Shown here piece by piece: positions 53,918-62,103 of a stretch of 64,000 bases of DNA. Positions within the stretch are counted from its first letter, which is position 1; each line of letters begins with the position of its first letter. Both the position numbers and the translations under genes were made by a program. The notes below the pieces were generated by a model, which saw only the letters and a list, made by a program, of their open reading frames with translations, did not search any database and was not told the origin of the DNA. Origin of the DNA: Candidatus Omnitrophota bacterium (GTDB lineage Bacteria; Omnitrophota; Gorgyraeia; Gygaellales; Profunditerraquicolaceae); assembly GCA_903852325.1 (NCBI GenBank), contig CAINQO010000080.1, positions 2,732 through 66,731 of the forward strand, given 5' to 3'.

Positions 53918-55147
53918 TTATACTTTCTCAACCACCAGCACTGAATTAATTCCTCCTCTACCGCGGGAAATAATCAAGGATTTGTTTACCTTATATTCTT
54001 TTGCTTCTTTAGCCACAAAATTCAGCCCGCTTGAAACCGGCTGGTCTAAATTCAATGTCGGCGGGACCAGGCCATACTCCATCACCTTTAAGGCAATGAT
54101 CATATCAACGGCTCCGGATGCCCCTAATAAATTACCGAACATGGATTTAGGGCAGCTGACGGGTATTTTCTTTAGGTTGTTTCCAAAAACCGATTCCAGC
54201 GCTTTGATCTCGGAATTATCCCAAAGCTCGACCGCTAATCCGTCCAAACTGATATAACCGATCTCTTCAGGATTGGCGGCGGCGTCATTCAGCGCCATCC
54301 TGATCGCCCGCGCCAGCTCTTTTCCGTCGGCAGCGCAGTTGATCCGGTCCACCCCGTCGCAGGAAGTGCCGTAACCGCTGATCAGCCCCAAGATCTTGGC
54401 GTTGCGGGATTGCACCCGCGCAATGTTCTCCATCACCACGATCCCGGCTCCCTCCCCGATAACAAAACCGCTGCGTTTAGAGTCAAAAGGCCGGTAAGCC
54501 CCCTGCGGATCCTGATTATTCTTCGAGAGGGTTCCATAAGTATTGCAGCACAACAGCGCGTAAGGAGTAACCGGGGCTTCCATTCCTCCGCCTAAGATCA
54601 TATTTAATTTATTTTTGGCTAAGACTTTCCTGGCATAACCTAAAGCCATCAGGGAGCTGGCCCGGTCACTGACCACGGTCTTACTAAATCCTTTAATTCC
54701 GTAATAAATAGAGACCTGCCCCTGGGGAGCCGCCGGAAACCAGGCGCTGGCCATGTAAGGAGAAACCCCCTCCCGGCCTTCCAGATAAAGGTCCCTTAAT
54801 TCGGTTTCGGCGTAAAGCCAGCCGCCGATGGCGTTTCCTAAAAATATTCCCACCAGATTGGGGTCTTCGTTCTTAATATCGATCCCGGCATCCTGCAACG
54901 CCGACTCGGCAGCGACTAAAGCCATGTGCGAAAAGGCGTCGATCTTTTTAAGCAGGCGCTCGGAGATATGGCTGTATTTTTCCAGGTCATCGATCTGCCC
55001 GGCGATATGCGAAGGGTAAAGGCTGGCGTCAAAACGGGTGATTTCTTTAATAAAGGAGCGGCCGCTTTTAATATTCGCCCAGAATTGCCGTTTTCCTATT
55101 CCTGAAGGGGTGACTACCCCGATCCCGGTTATAGCTATTTTTTCCAC
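53918..55147 (-). CDS. ketosynthase-fold protein lacking all three catalytic residues (chain-length-factor / KS-beta-like)
   Basis: KS fold throughout. The active-site Cys is replaced (VVSDRASSL instead of TACSS). The first His is Tyr (GYGTS) and the second His is Asn (KSMFGNLLGASGA). Confidence 0.7.
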   Translation of the reverse strand: MEKIAITGIGVVTPSGIGKRQFWANIKSGRSFIKEITRFDASLYPSHIAGQIDDLEKYSHISERLLKKIDAFSHMALVAAESALQDAGIDIKNEDPNLVGIFLGNAIGGWLYAETELRDLYLEGREGVSPYMASAWFPAAPQGQVSIYYGIKGFSKTVVSDRASSLMALGYARKVLAKNKLNMILGGGMEAPVTPYALLCCNTYGTLSKNNQDPQGAYRPFDSKRSGFVIGEGAGIVVMENIARVQSRNAKILGLISGYGTSCDGVDRINCAADGKELARAIRMALNDAAANPEEIGYISLDGLAVELWDNSEIKALESVFGNNLKKIPVSCPKSMFGNLLGASGAVDMIIALKVMEYGLVPPTLNLDQPVSSGLNFVAKEAKEYKVNKSLIISRGRGGINSVLVVEKV

Positions 55148-55217
55148 CCAGCTCTTCCTTTCTATACCTTATATCTATCTATTATACCCGCCCCCCAAAG
55201 GAAGGGCTGGGTCCAGC

Positions 55218-56480
55218 TTATCCACCGTACCTTTTGAAAACGATCGAAGAATGTATCCCGGAAAAACCGCTTGAGGTTTTCATGATCATATTCACTTTTT
55301 TGGCGATCGCCTGGTTCGGAATATAATACAAATCGCACTGCGGGTCTTTTTCCTCCTGGTTTATCGTCGGAGGCAGGATGTTTTTCTCAAAAATCATCGA
55401 AACAATGGTCATCTCCACGGCATTGGCCGCCGCCAGGGGATGGCCGATCATCGATTTCAGGGAGCTGATCGGCAGTTTGTAAGCGTAATCCCCGAAAATC
55501 GCCTTGTAAGCATTGGTTTCGAAAATATCGTTCATCCGGGTGCTGGATCCGTGGGCATTGATATAATCGATCTCCGTGGGCTTGACCCCGGAATCTTTTA
55601 GGGCCAAAGCAATGCAGGTTTCCATTGCCCGTCCGTCCGAAGGAAGGTCGGTCATATGAAAAGCGTTGCAGCTGGTGCCGAAACCTAAAATTTCACAATA
55701 GATCGGAGCGTTGCGTTTTAAGGCGTGGCTTAATTCTTCCAGGACTAAAATCCCCGCCCCTTCTCCGAGCACAAACCCGTCCCGCTTATTATCGAAAGGC
55801 CGGGAAGCTTTCTGCGGTTCATCATTATGTACGGAAAGGACATTGACCACATCAAAAGCCCCGAAGGTGATCGGGGTAAGCGGAGCTTCTGCCGCGCCGC
55901 AGATCATCACATCCTGCTCCCCGTCCTGGATACTCTCCAGGCCGAACCCCAATGAATCCGTGCCGGCGGTGCAGCCGGTAGAAATAGTATTGCAGCTTCC
56001 TTTTAAACCGAAACGCGCGCTTAACTCTATCGAGGGGGTATTAAACATCGCCGCATCATATAAATCCGGGCGGACCATCGCCGGATTGATCGGTTTTTTC
56101 CCGTCGTCGGTGACCAAAGCGAACTCTTCTTCCATGTATTTGGTGCCACAGATGGCATTAGCCAGGCAAACCCCGATCCGCTCGGGATCCTCTTTAGAGA
56201 AATCCAATTTGCTGTCTTCAACCGCCATTTTTCCGGCGGCCACCCCGAATTGCACGTAACGGTCCATGCGCATCGCCTCTTCATGGCTCAATCCCAGTTT
56301 AAAAGGATCGAAATCCCTGACCTCGGCGGCGATTTTAGTATTAAAAACCGAGACGTCAAAGCCGTCCACCCGGCGTATACCAGATTTTCCTCCGGAAAAA
56401 CCCTCCCAGGCGTTTTTCTTTCCGATGCCGTTGGGGGAGATCACCCCGATCCCCGTAACTACCACGCGTCTTTTTTCCAT
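55218..56480 (-). CDS. beta-ketoacyl synthase with an intact Cys-His-His triad (KS-alpha / FabF-like)
   Basis: TGCTAGTDS active-site Cys. The two catalytic His are in AHGSST and SMIGHPLAAA. 420 aa. Confidence 0.85.
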   Translation of the reverse strand: MEKRRVVVTGIGVISPNGIGKKNAWEGFSGGKSGIRRVDGFDVSVFNTKIAAEVRDFDPFKLGLSHEEAMRMDRYVQFGVAAGKMAVEDSKLDFSKEDPERIGVCLANAICGTKYMEEEFALVTDDGKKPINPAMVRPDLYDAAMFNTPSIELSARFGLKGSCNTISTGCTAGTDSLGFGLESIQDGEQDVMICGAAEAPLTPITFGAFDVVNVLSVHNDEPQKASRPFDNKRDGFVLGEGAGILVLEELSHALKRNAPIYCEILGFGTSCNAFHMTDLPSDGRAMETCIALALKDSGVKPTEIDYINAHGSSTRMNDIFETNAYKAIFGDYAYKLPISSLKSMIGHPLAAANAVEMTIVSMIFEKNILPPTINQEEKDPQCDLYYIPNQAIAKKVNMIMKTSSGFSGIHSSIVFKRYGG

Positions 56481-56496
56481 ATTTATTTAAACTCAA

Positions 56497-56622
56497 AATC
56501 CTAAATTCTAAATCCTAAACAAATCCAAAATCCAAAACTCAAATTTTCTAAACCGCCGTTTTGGGTTTTAAATTTAGAGTTTTGGGTTTGTTTAGAGTTT
56601 CGTGTTTAGAGTTTAGGGTTTT
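56497..56622. repeat. long AT-rich imperfect inverted repeat (~50-nt arms built from TCCTAAA/TCCAAAA-like units) between the tandem-domain gene and KS-alpha
   Basis: Left arm: ctaaattctaaatcctaaacaaatccaaaatccaaaactcaaattt. Right arm: aaatttagagttttgggtttgtttagagtttcgtgtttagagtttagg. The central loop contains ccgccg. Confidence 0.5.
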
Positions 56623-57218
56623 GTTTTATCCTCCTCTACTCTTTTGACTTTAAAAATAATATTGCCACCATCAGGGCAGGTCACCGTATCGATGGAATTC
56701 GGATCAGGCATGAAGAAAAACTTTGCCCCGAAATTCAGGGCGAACAGCGCCGGGAAAGCGGTGTGAAAAGCCGCCCCGCAGAATCCCGGGATGCATTTTA
56801 ACCCCTGGGTTTCCCATTTGTCCCCGACTTTATAGCCAAAAGCGCATTTGCCTTTGGCCTGGACCACCTCTAAAACCATTTTTTTAGGGTTAGGCCCCTT
56901 ATGATTGGGGTCGCGCGGCAATGCTTCCACTTTGCCTTGCTTATCCAGGATTTCGGCTTTAAATTCCAGCTTTCCTCCGTCCGGGCAGGTCACCAAAAGC
57001 GAACGCTGGTTGTCCCGGAACCCGAATTTTGCGCCGAAGCTTAAGGCGTAGGCAACCGGAAAAAGCGCGTGCGCCAGGCCGAGGCAAAAATGCTTGGGCC
57101 CGTGGGTGAAGTCTTCTAAAATGATCTCGTCCCCGATCTTGTAACCGTGGTAACATTCACCCATTACCTGGGTCACCGTAAGTTTTAGCCGCGGGAAGGG
57201 GGTTTTTACTTCATCCAT
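56613..57218 (-). CDS. protein made of two tandem ~95-aa Cys/His-containing domains (TIGR04076-like)
   Basis: The blocks G(E/K)C..GYK.GD, F(C/H)..A(F/L)..(AL)F.L.FGAKF and VTCPDGG..F recur in both halves. Confidence 0.4.
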   Translation of the reverse strand: MDEVKTPFPRLKLTVTQVMGECYHGYKIGDEIILEDFTHGPKHFCLGLAHALFPVAYALSFGAKFGFRDNQRSLLVTCPDGGKLEFKAEILDKQGKVEALPRDPNHKGPNPKKMVLEVVQAKGKCAFGYKVGDKWETQGLKCIPGFCGAAFHTAFPALFALNFGAKFFFMPDPNSIDTVTCPDGGNIIFKVKRVEEDKTKP

Positions 57219-57220
57219 TT

Positions 57221-58225
57221 TTACACCAGCTCCTTAGTCCTCTGGATCAATTCTTCTTTACTAAAAAACCGGTGCCCGGTTTCTACCTGGTGCACCATTT
57301 CCACCAAAACTTTATTTAAAGGCGCTTGCAGTTTGTTCTCCTCTGCCAGCCGCACGAACTCGCCGTTTAAGTAATCTATCTCGGTAACTTTACCGCGCAT
57401 AATGCTCTGCAGGATCGAGCCGTACAAGGGATCCTTGCTTAAATTATGCATCATCCCAGAGAAAATTTCCGCCGCGTGCTCGCTGGGCATGGTCGTAAAC
57501 TTGGTCAGGTTTTCGACCGGAAATCCGGGAAGGGAGACCAGATCAATACCGAGCTTATCGAAAATTTCAAAAGCCTCTTTCCAGATCGCGATGCTGATCC
57601 GGGCAATCGCAATATCCGCGAACACTTCCTGCATGCTCTTGCCAATGATCGCCGGCAAACAGTTGTTAGCGTTCACGAAGATCTTTAAATACTTCATCCC
57701 TTTAAGCTCCTGGGTGACCTGCGTGGAAAAAGCTTTATCCAGGAGCAGTCCGACGGAAAACATCTCCGGGGTGGGATGAGGGTTGAAAATGCTGCCCAAT
57801 ATCCAGTCCCCTTCGAAATTATGCACCACTTTGCCGCTTTCCAGGTTGGTGGCGCCGAACATCACAATACTGGAAATAATTTTTTCCGCCGGTAAATATT
57901 TAGCCGCCAGCTTGTCCGCCTGCACCCCGTTTTGCGTGGTCAGCAGCAGGGAGTTCTGGATCAGGTGCGCGCAATCGGAAAGCGCCCCCTCGATATCCTG
58001 GGTTTTCACGGTTAAAATTACCAGCTCCGGAAGATAGTTCAGGGTCTCGGAAATGCTTACCCGCACCAGATGGTTTCCGCGGACCCCGGAAATAGAGATC
58101 CCATGGTCATGGATGGCGTTCACGGTCGAGCCGCGGCCGACCAAAGTGACCTCTTCCCCTTTTTCCTTAAGATAACCGGCGACCAGGCAACCGATCGCTC
58201 CGCTTCCGATAACCGCGATGCGCAT
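57221..58225 (-). CDS. ketopantoate reductase (ApbA/PanE) family NAD(P)H oxidoreductase
   Basis: N-terminal MRIAVIGSGAIGCLVAGYL Rossmann motif and a C-terminal ApbA_C-like helical domain. 334 aa. Confidence 0.7.
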   Translation of the reverse strand: MRIAVIGSGAIGCLVAGYLKEKGEEVTLVGRGSTVNAIHDHGISISGVRGNHLVRVSISETLNYLPELVILTVKTQDIEGALSDCAHLIQNSLLLTTQNGVQADKLAAKYLPAEKIISSIVMFGATNLESGKVVHNFEGDWILGSIFNPHPTPEMFSVGLLLDKAFSTQVTQELKGMKYLKIFVNANNCLPAIIGKSMQEVFADIAIARISIAIWKEAFEIFDKLGIDLVSLPGFPVENLTKFTTMPSEHAAEIFSGMMHNLSKDPLYGSILQSIMRGKVTEIDYLNGEFVRLAEENKLQAPLNKVLVEMVHQVETGHRFFSKEELIQRTKELV

Positions 58226-58494
58226 TATTGTTTACCGTTTTTAGGATAACCGTATTTTTTGTAATCAAACCCGTTTTGCTCTAAGAGGCGCAGCATCATG
58301 CTGTAAAACGGGGAAGGGACATCCGAAAAAAAAGCCGCCACGACATCCTGTTCTCCCACCTCAGTGGCGCTGCGTTTGGCGGCCAGCTCGGCGGCCTTTT
58401 GCCGGACCACCGATTCAGTGATATGGCGGTGGAATACGGGAATTTTGGAGATCAATACCTTGAATTTATTTTCGGTTCCGGTTTCCCAGTTCAT
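58225..58494 (-). CDS. small PCP_red-like domain protein (resembles the C-terminal domain of protochlorophyllide reductase subunit B)
   Basis: W..KFKVLISKIPVFHRHITESVVRQKAAELAAKRSATEV..QDVVAAFF resembles the PF08369 pattern (KIPFFVR...E..AR..G...VT). Confidence 0.35.
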   Translation of the reverse strand: MNWETGTENKFKVLISKIPVFHRHITESVVRQKAAELAAKRSATEVGEQDVVAAFFSDVPSPFYSMMLRLLEQNGFDYKKYGYPKNGKQ

Positions 58495-58515
58495 TTTCGC
58501 AATTGCCTCTTTTAA

Positions 58516-58546
58516 TATAGTAAAATTTTACTATAATTTTAGTCAA
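58516..58546 (-). promoter_or_regulatory. sigma70 promoter (TTGACT-18-TACTAT) for the biosynthetic operon, overlapped by a perfect 20-bp palindrome (TATAGTAAAATTTTACTATA, 58516-58535) that is a candidate PadR operator
   Basis: -35 at 58546-58541 and -10 at 58522-58517 on the minus strand. An AAGAGG RBS lies upstream of the ATG at 58494. The palindrome covers the -10 and spacer. Confidence 0.55.
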
Positions 58547-58596
58547 GATAAACTCCTTTGTCAAGCAAATTATCCTGGAATTTGCCTATGGAAAAT

Positions 58597-59112
58597 TCAG
58601 ATTTTTTTAAGCAGGGAGCTCAAGAATGCGGACTCGGCGCGCAAAAGGCAAAGGTTATGCTCCATGATCCGCTGCAGGGGCAGCGAATTTTTTAATTCCC
58701 CGGTGGTAAACATCCGCTTGATCCCGGAAGATATCTTCGCCAGGATCTCCAGCCGTTTTTCCAGCCTGCGGCGGGCAAGCGCCGGCTGCAGAAAGCCCAG
58801 AAAATACAGGCTTAAATCGAGAGTAAACTGCGGGCGCTTAAAATCCAGGAGGTTCTTGTTCAGCAATACCTCAAACCGCTCCTTGCCTTTGGCGGTTAAA
58901 CAATAAACCAGCCGCGGCGGCCTTTTGCCTTTTTTCTCGACGCGCTTGGCAAGCAAACCTTTTTTTTCTAAGATTCTTAAGGGATAATATATCGATTTGA
59001 GCTGGACACCGGCGAACAGGGAAAGGATCTCCCGGACTTTAACTTTGATCTCGTAACCGTGTTTGGGGCTTTGACGCAAGAGGCCTAGAAGGATCAGCTC
59101 CTGATCGATCAT
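58597..59112 (-). CDS. PadR-family transcriptional regulator
   Basis: N-terminal winged-HTH [24 protein letters not shown]...[12 protein letters not shown] signature. Its start overlaps the accA stop by 4 nt. Confidence 0.75.
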   Translation of the reverse strand: MIDQELILLGLLRQSPKHGYEIKVKVREILSLFAGVQLKSIYYPLRILEKKGLLAKRVEKKGKRPPRLVYCLTAKGKERFEVLLNKNLLDFKRPQFTLDLSLYFLGFLQPALARRRLEKRLEILAKISSGIKRMFTTGELKNSLPLQRIMEHNLCLLRAESAFLSSLLKKI

Positions 59113-60056
59113 GCGGTAACACCCATTGCCCTGAATTTCTTATACCTTGATTCCAACAGTTCTTTTTTGTCCAGGGACTCCAGTTCTTTAAGCATCCTTA
59201 AAACCGTTTCTTTGACGCTGGAAGCGGTTTTCTTCACGTCCCGGTGCGCCCCGCCCAAAGGTTCCGAAACCACTTCGTCGATCAGCCCCATCTTCAGCAG
59301 GTCCGGAGCGGTAAGTTTTAAAACCTCGGCGGCCTTGGGGGCCTTGGCCCCGTCCTTCCAGAGGATCGCCGCGCATCCCTCCGGGGAGATCACCGAATAA
59401 TATGAATTTTCTAAAACCGCCAGCCGGTCCGCCACCCCTACCCCCAGCGCTCCGCCGGAGCCGCCTTCGCCGATAACCACCGCGACGATCGGCACGGTAA
59501 AACTCATCATTTCCCTTAAATTAAGGGCGATCGCATGGGACTGCCCGCGCTCCTCCGCACCGATGCCCGGGTATGCCCCGGGGGTATCGATAAAAACCAC
59601 GACCGGGATATCAAACTCTTCCGCCATTTGCATTAAGCGCAAAGCTTTACGGTAACCCTCCGGGTGCGCGCAGCCGAAATTACGTTTCAAATTTTCTTTG
59701 GTATCCCGGCCTTTTTGGTGGCCGATCACCATCACCTTCCTTTTATCCAGCTTGGCCAGCCCGCAGATCATCGCTTTATCGTCGCTAAATAACCGGTCCC
59801 CGTGCAGTTCCACAAAATCCGTCATGATCATGCTGATATAATCCAGGGTATACGGGCGCAGCGGATGGCGGGCAATCTGCACTCTTTGCCAGGGGGAAAG
59901 GTTGACGTAGGTATCCTTCTTCAGGGATTCCAATTTATCGTCGAGCTTTTTGACCTCGGAAGAGAGATCGATCTTTTTCTCCGCCATAAAGGTCTTGAGC
60001 TCTTGAATTTTTTTCTCTAGCTCGACGATCGGTTTTTCAAAATCCAGTCCGGCCAT
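59109..60056 (-). CDS. accA: acetyl-CoA carboxylase carboxyltransferase alpha subunit
   Basis: 315 aa with the [13 protein letters not shown] oxyanion region and an ACCase CT-alpha fold. Confidence 0.9.
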   Translation of the reverse strand: MAGLDFEKPIVELEKKIQELKTFMAEKKIDLSSEVKKLDDKLESLKKDTYVNLSPWQRVQIARHPLRPYTLDYISMIMTDFVELHGDRLFSDDKAMICGLAKLDKRKVMVIGHQKGRDTKENLKRNFGCAHPEGYRKALRLMQMAEEFDIPVVVFIDTPGAYPGIGAEERGQSHAIALNLREMMSFTVPIVAVVIGEGGSGGALGVGVADRLAVLENSYYSVISPEGCAAILWKDGAKAPKAAEVLKLTAPDLLKMGLIDEVVSEPLGGAHRDVKKTASSVKETVLRMLKELESLDKKELLESRYKKFRAMGVTA

Positions 60057-60061
60057 AGGAA

Positions 60062-60886
60062 TTAATCGATAATGGTTACTTCAGTGCCCACGGGAATAAT
60101 AGTATAAAGCTCCTCAACATCGGGATTGCTCATCCGCACGCACCCCTGGGTCACCTGTTTGCCCAGCTCCTTGGGCTCAACGGTTCCGTGAATGCCGAAA
60201 CCGGCCAGGTCAAAACCCATCCAGCGGGTGCCTAAAACATTTTCCGGGCTTTCCGCCGGAACGACCGCCCCGGCCTTGAACCAGGTGGGATTAGGAAGCT
60301 TGTTTACGATCTTAAAGGTACCGACGGGAGAACAGTTGTTTTTCCCCGTAGAAACGGTGTAAGTCTTAACGATCTCCTCGTTATTCTTCAGCATTAAAAT
60401 GTTTTCGGATTTATCAACCAGGATGTTAAAAGGGGCGCTCCACACCTTGATCTTGCGGCCGGGAATAATCAAGGAGTCATTAAGATTATTGCTTCTTTTG
60501 ATCAGCTCGGTAGTGGTTTTAAATTCGCGGGCAATTTTGGTCAGGGTATCCCCCGGCTTGATCTCATAAATAATGCTCTTGGGGGTCAGCACGGGAGAGA
60601 AAAGCAGCTTAATATTGATCTCCTCCGTCCTCTTTTGCCAATCCATTACCTCCGAAGACTGCGGGAAATCATTGATCAGTTTCTGGTATAACAATTTTGC
60701 CTCAAGCAAACTGCCTTTGGCCTCAAGCTGATGCGCCTGGTTGGACAGGGAGCGCGCCGAAACCGCGGCCTGCGGTCGGGGGGCCCGGGCAACCCTTTTG
60801 CCTGTTTTTTTTCTGCCAAAAATAAACACTATCCCCGTAATGACCATTGCCGCTATAATTATAGTGACGATTATTTTTTTCACCAA
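60062..60886 (-). CDS. LysM-domain L,D-transpeptidase (YkuD family)
   Basis: N-terminal TM helix and a LysM motif ([16 protein letters not shown]). Catalytic HGT...GCVRM motif. Confidence 0.8.
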   Translation of the reverse strand: MVKKIIVTIIIAAMVITGIVFIFGRKKTGKRVARAPRPQAAVSARSLSNQAHQLEAKGSLLEAKLLYQKLINDFPQSSEVMDWQKRTEEINIKLLFSPVLTPKSIIYEIKPGDTLTKIAREFKTTTELIKRSNNLNDSLIIPGRKIKVWSAPFNILVDKSENILMLKNNEEIVKTYTVSTGKNNCSPVGTFKIVNKLPNPTWFKAGAVVPAESPENVLGTRWMGFDLAGFGIHGTVEPKELGKQVTQGCVRMSNPDVEELYTIIPVGTEVTIID

Positions 60887-60895
60887 AAACCTCCC

Positions 60896-61348
60896 TTATC
60901 TAAATCCGGAGACCAAAGCGATCGTAATCCCTAACAATAATCCCATGATCACTTCTACCGGAGTATGCCCGATGAGTTCCCGCAAACGCTTCTGCTGGAT
61001 CTTCCCTTTCCAGTAAATATCTTCCATAATCGTGTTCAAAATACCGGCTTGTTTGCCGGTGGAACGGCGTACCCCTTGGGCGTCAAACATGACCACGATC
61101 GCAAAAGCGAATGCCAGGGCAAAATAAACGCTATCGAAGCCATACACCAACCCGACGCTCGTACCTAAACAGGCGGCGCCGGCGGCATGCGCCGAAGGCA
61201 TCCCCCCGCTTCCGATAAACAAGCGGAAATCGAATTTTTTCTTCCGGAAAACCCCGATAATCACTTTGATCGTCTGGGCGATAAGCCAGGCCGAGATCGT
61301 GGTCATCAGAATCTTATTTCTATATACCTGAACAAAAAAATCTTGCAT
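60896..61348 (-). CDS. divergent PAP2 (DUF212) family membrane protein
   Basis: GGMPSAHAA signature of the DUF212/acid-phosphatase-related family. 150 aa. Confidence 0.7.
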   Translation of the reverse strand: MQDFFVQVYRNKILMTTISAWLIAQTIKVIIGVFRKKKFDFRLFIGSGGMPSAHAAGAACLGTSVGLVYGFDSVYFALAFAFAIVVMFDAQGVRRSTGKQAGILNTIMEDIYWKGKIQQKRLRELIGHTPVEVIMGLLLGITIALVSGFR

Positions 61349-61353
61349 TTTAG

Positions 61354-61947
61354 TTAATTAACCGGCTTGGCCTGCTCCACGGGCGGGGCGGGAATTACTT
61401 CAATCTTGATCTTGTCGGAAGTCGAACGGCCGTCTTTAATCAGGAACCCCTGGTTACCCGGCATTTCTAAACCCAGGTCTTTACGTTTATGGGTCCTTAA
61501 TTCTCTTATGGCCTTGCGCAGTTCGAGTATCGATCCCAATTTAAACTTATACTGCTCGTTTTCCGTATAAATACGCTCATGGGCCCTGATCAGCGCTTTA
61601 TTTTCCGCTTTTAACACGGAAAATTTGGCGTTTACTTTATCCAGGTCATCCTTGGCCTTGGTGTTATCCCGGAAAAGACGGCTCATCCTTTCCTTGCTTG
61701 CCTTTAGGTTAGCTTTCAGGTAAGTATTTTTATCCGTCAATTGATCATTCAGTTCTTGTTCTTTCCCCAACTCCTGCAATAAGTTTTGTTTCTCCTGAAC
61801 CAAAGAAGTCACCTGGTCCTGAGATTGCGTCAGATTGTCCTGCAGGCGCAGTCTTTCCTTTACTTCCGCCACATACCTGACCATGCTGAAAACAGCGATC
61901 CCCAGCAGTAAAACCAGCCCCAAATTCTTAATCCTGTCTTTAGCCAT
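61354..61947 (-). CDS. membrane-anchored coiled-coil protein (hypothetical)
   Basis: N-terminal TM helix followed by heptad-rich Q/E/K/L sequence. Confidence 0.35.
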   Translation of the reverse strand: MAKDRIKNLGLVLLLGIAVFSMVRYVAEVKERLRLQDNLTQSQDQVTSLVQEKQNLLQELGKEQELNDQLTDKNTYLKANLKASKERMSRLFRDNTKAKDDLDKVNAKFSVLKAENKALIRAHERIYTENEQYKFKLGSILELRKAIRELRTHKRKDLGLEMPGNQGFLIKDGRSTSDKIKIEVIPAPPVEQAKPVN

Positions 61948-62103
61948 AAGGTTATATTATATAACCCCGCGGCTAAAAATCAAGGATTTTAATCTCTTTA
62001 GCTGCCCCCATGAGTTCACCCGGGCATCCGCTAAGCGGGCCGATTTTAAAAACCGGGTTAGATTCTCCTTATTATTACGTCTATTGGCTTAAGGAGAAGA
62101 CAA

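Noticed and set aside
49330-60056. Aryl-polyene or ladderane-type fatty-acid-like cluster
   Set aside because: No FabZ/FabA-type dehydratase pair, thioesterase, LolA-like carrier or MMPL exporter is present. SRPBCC and PF04199 cyclases point instead to an aromatic type II PKS-like logic.
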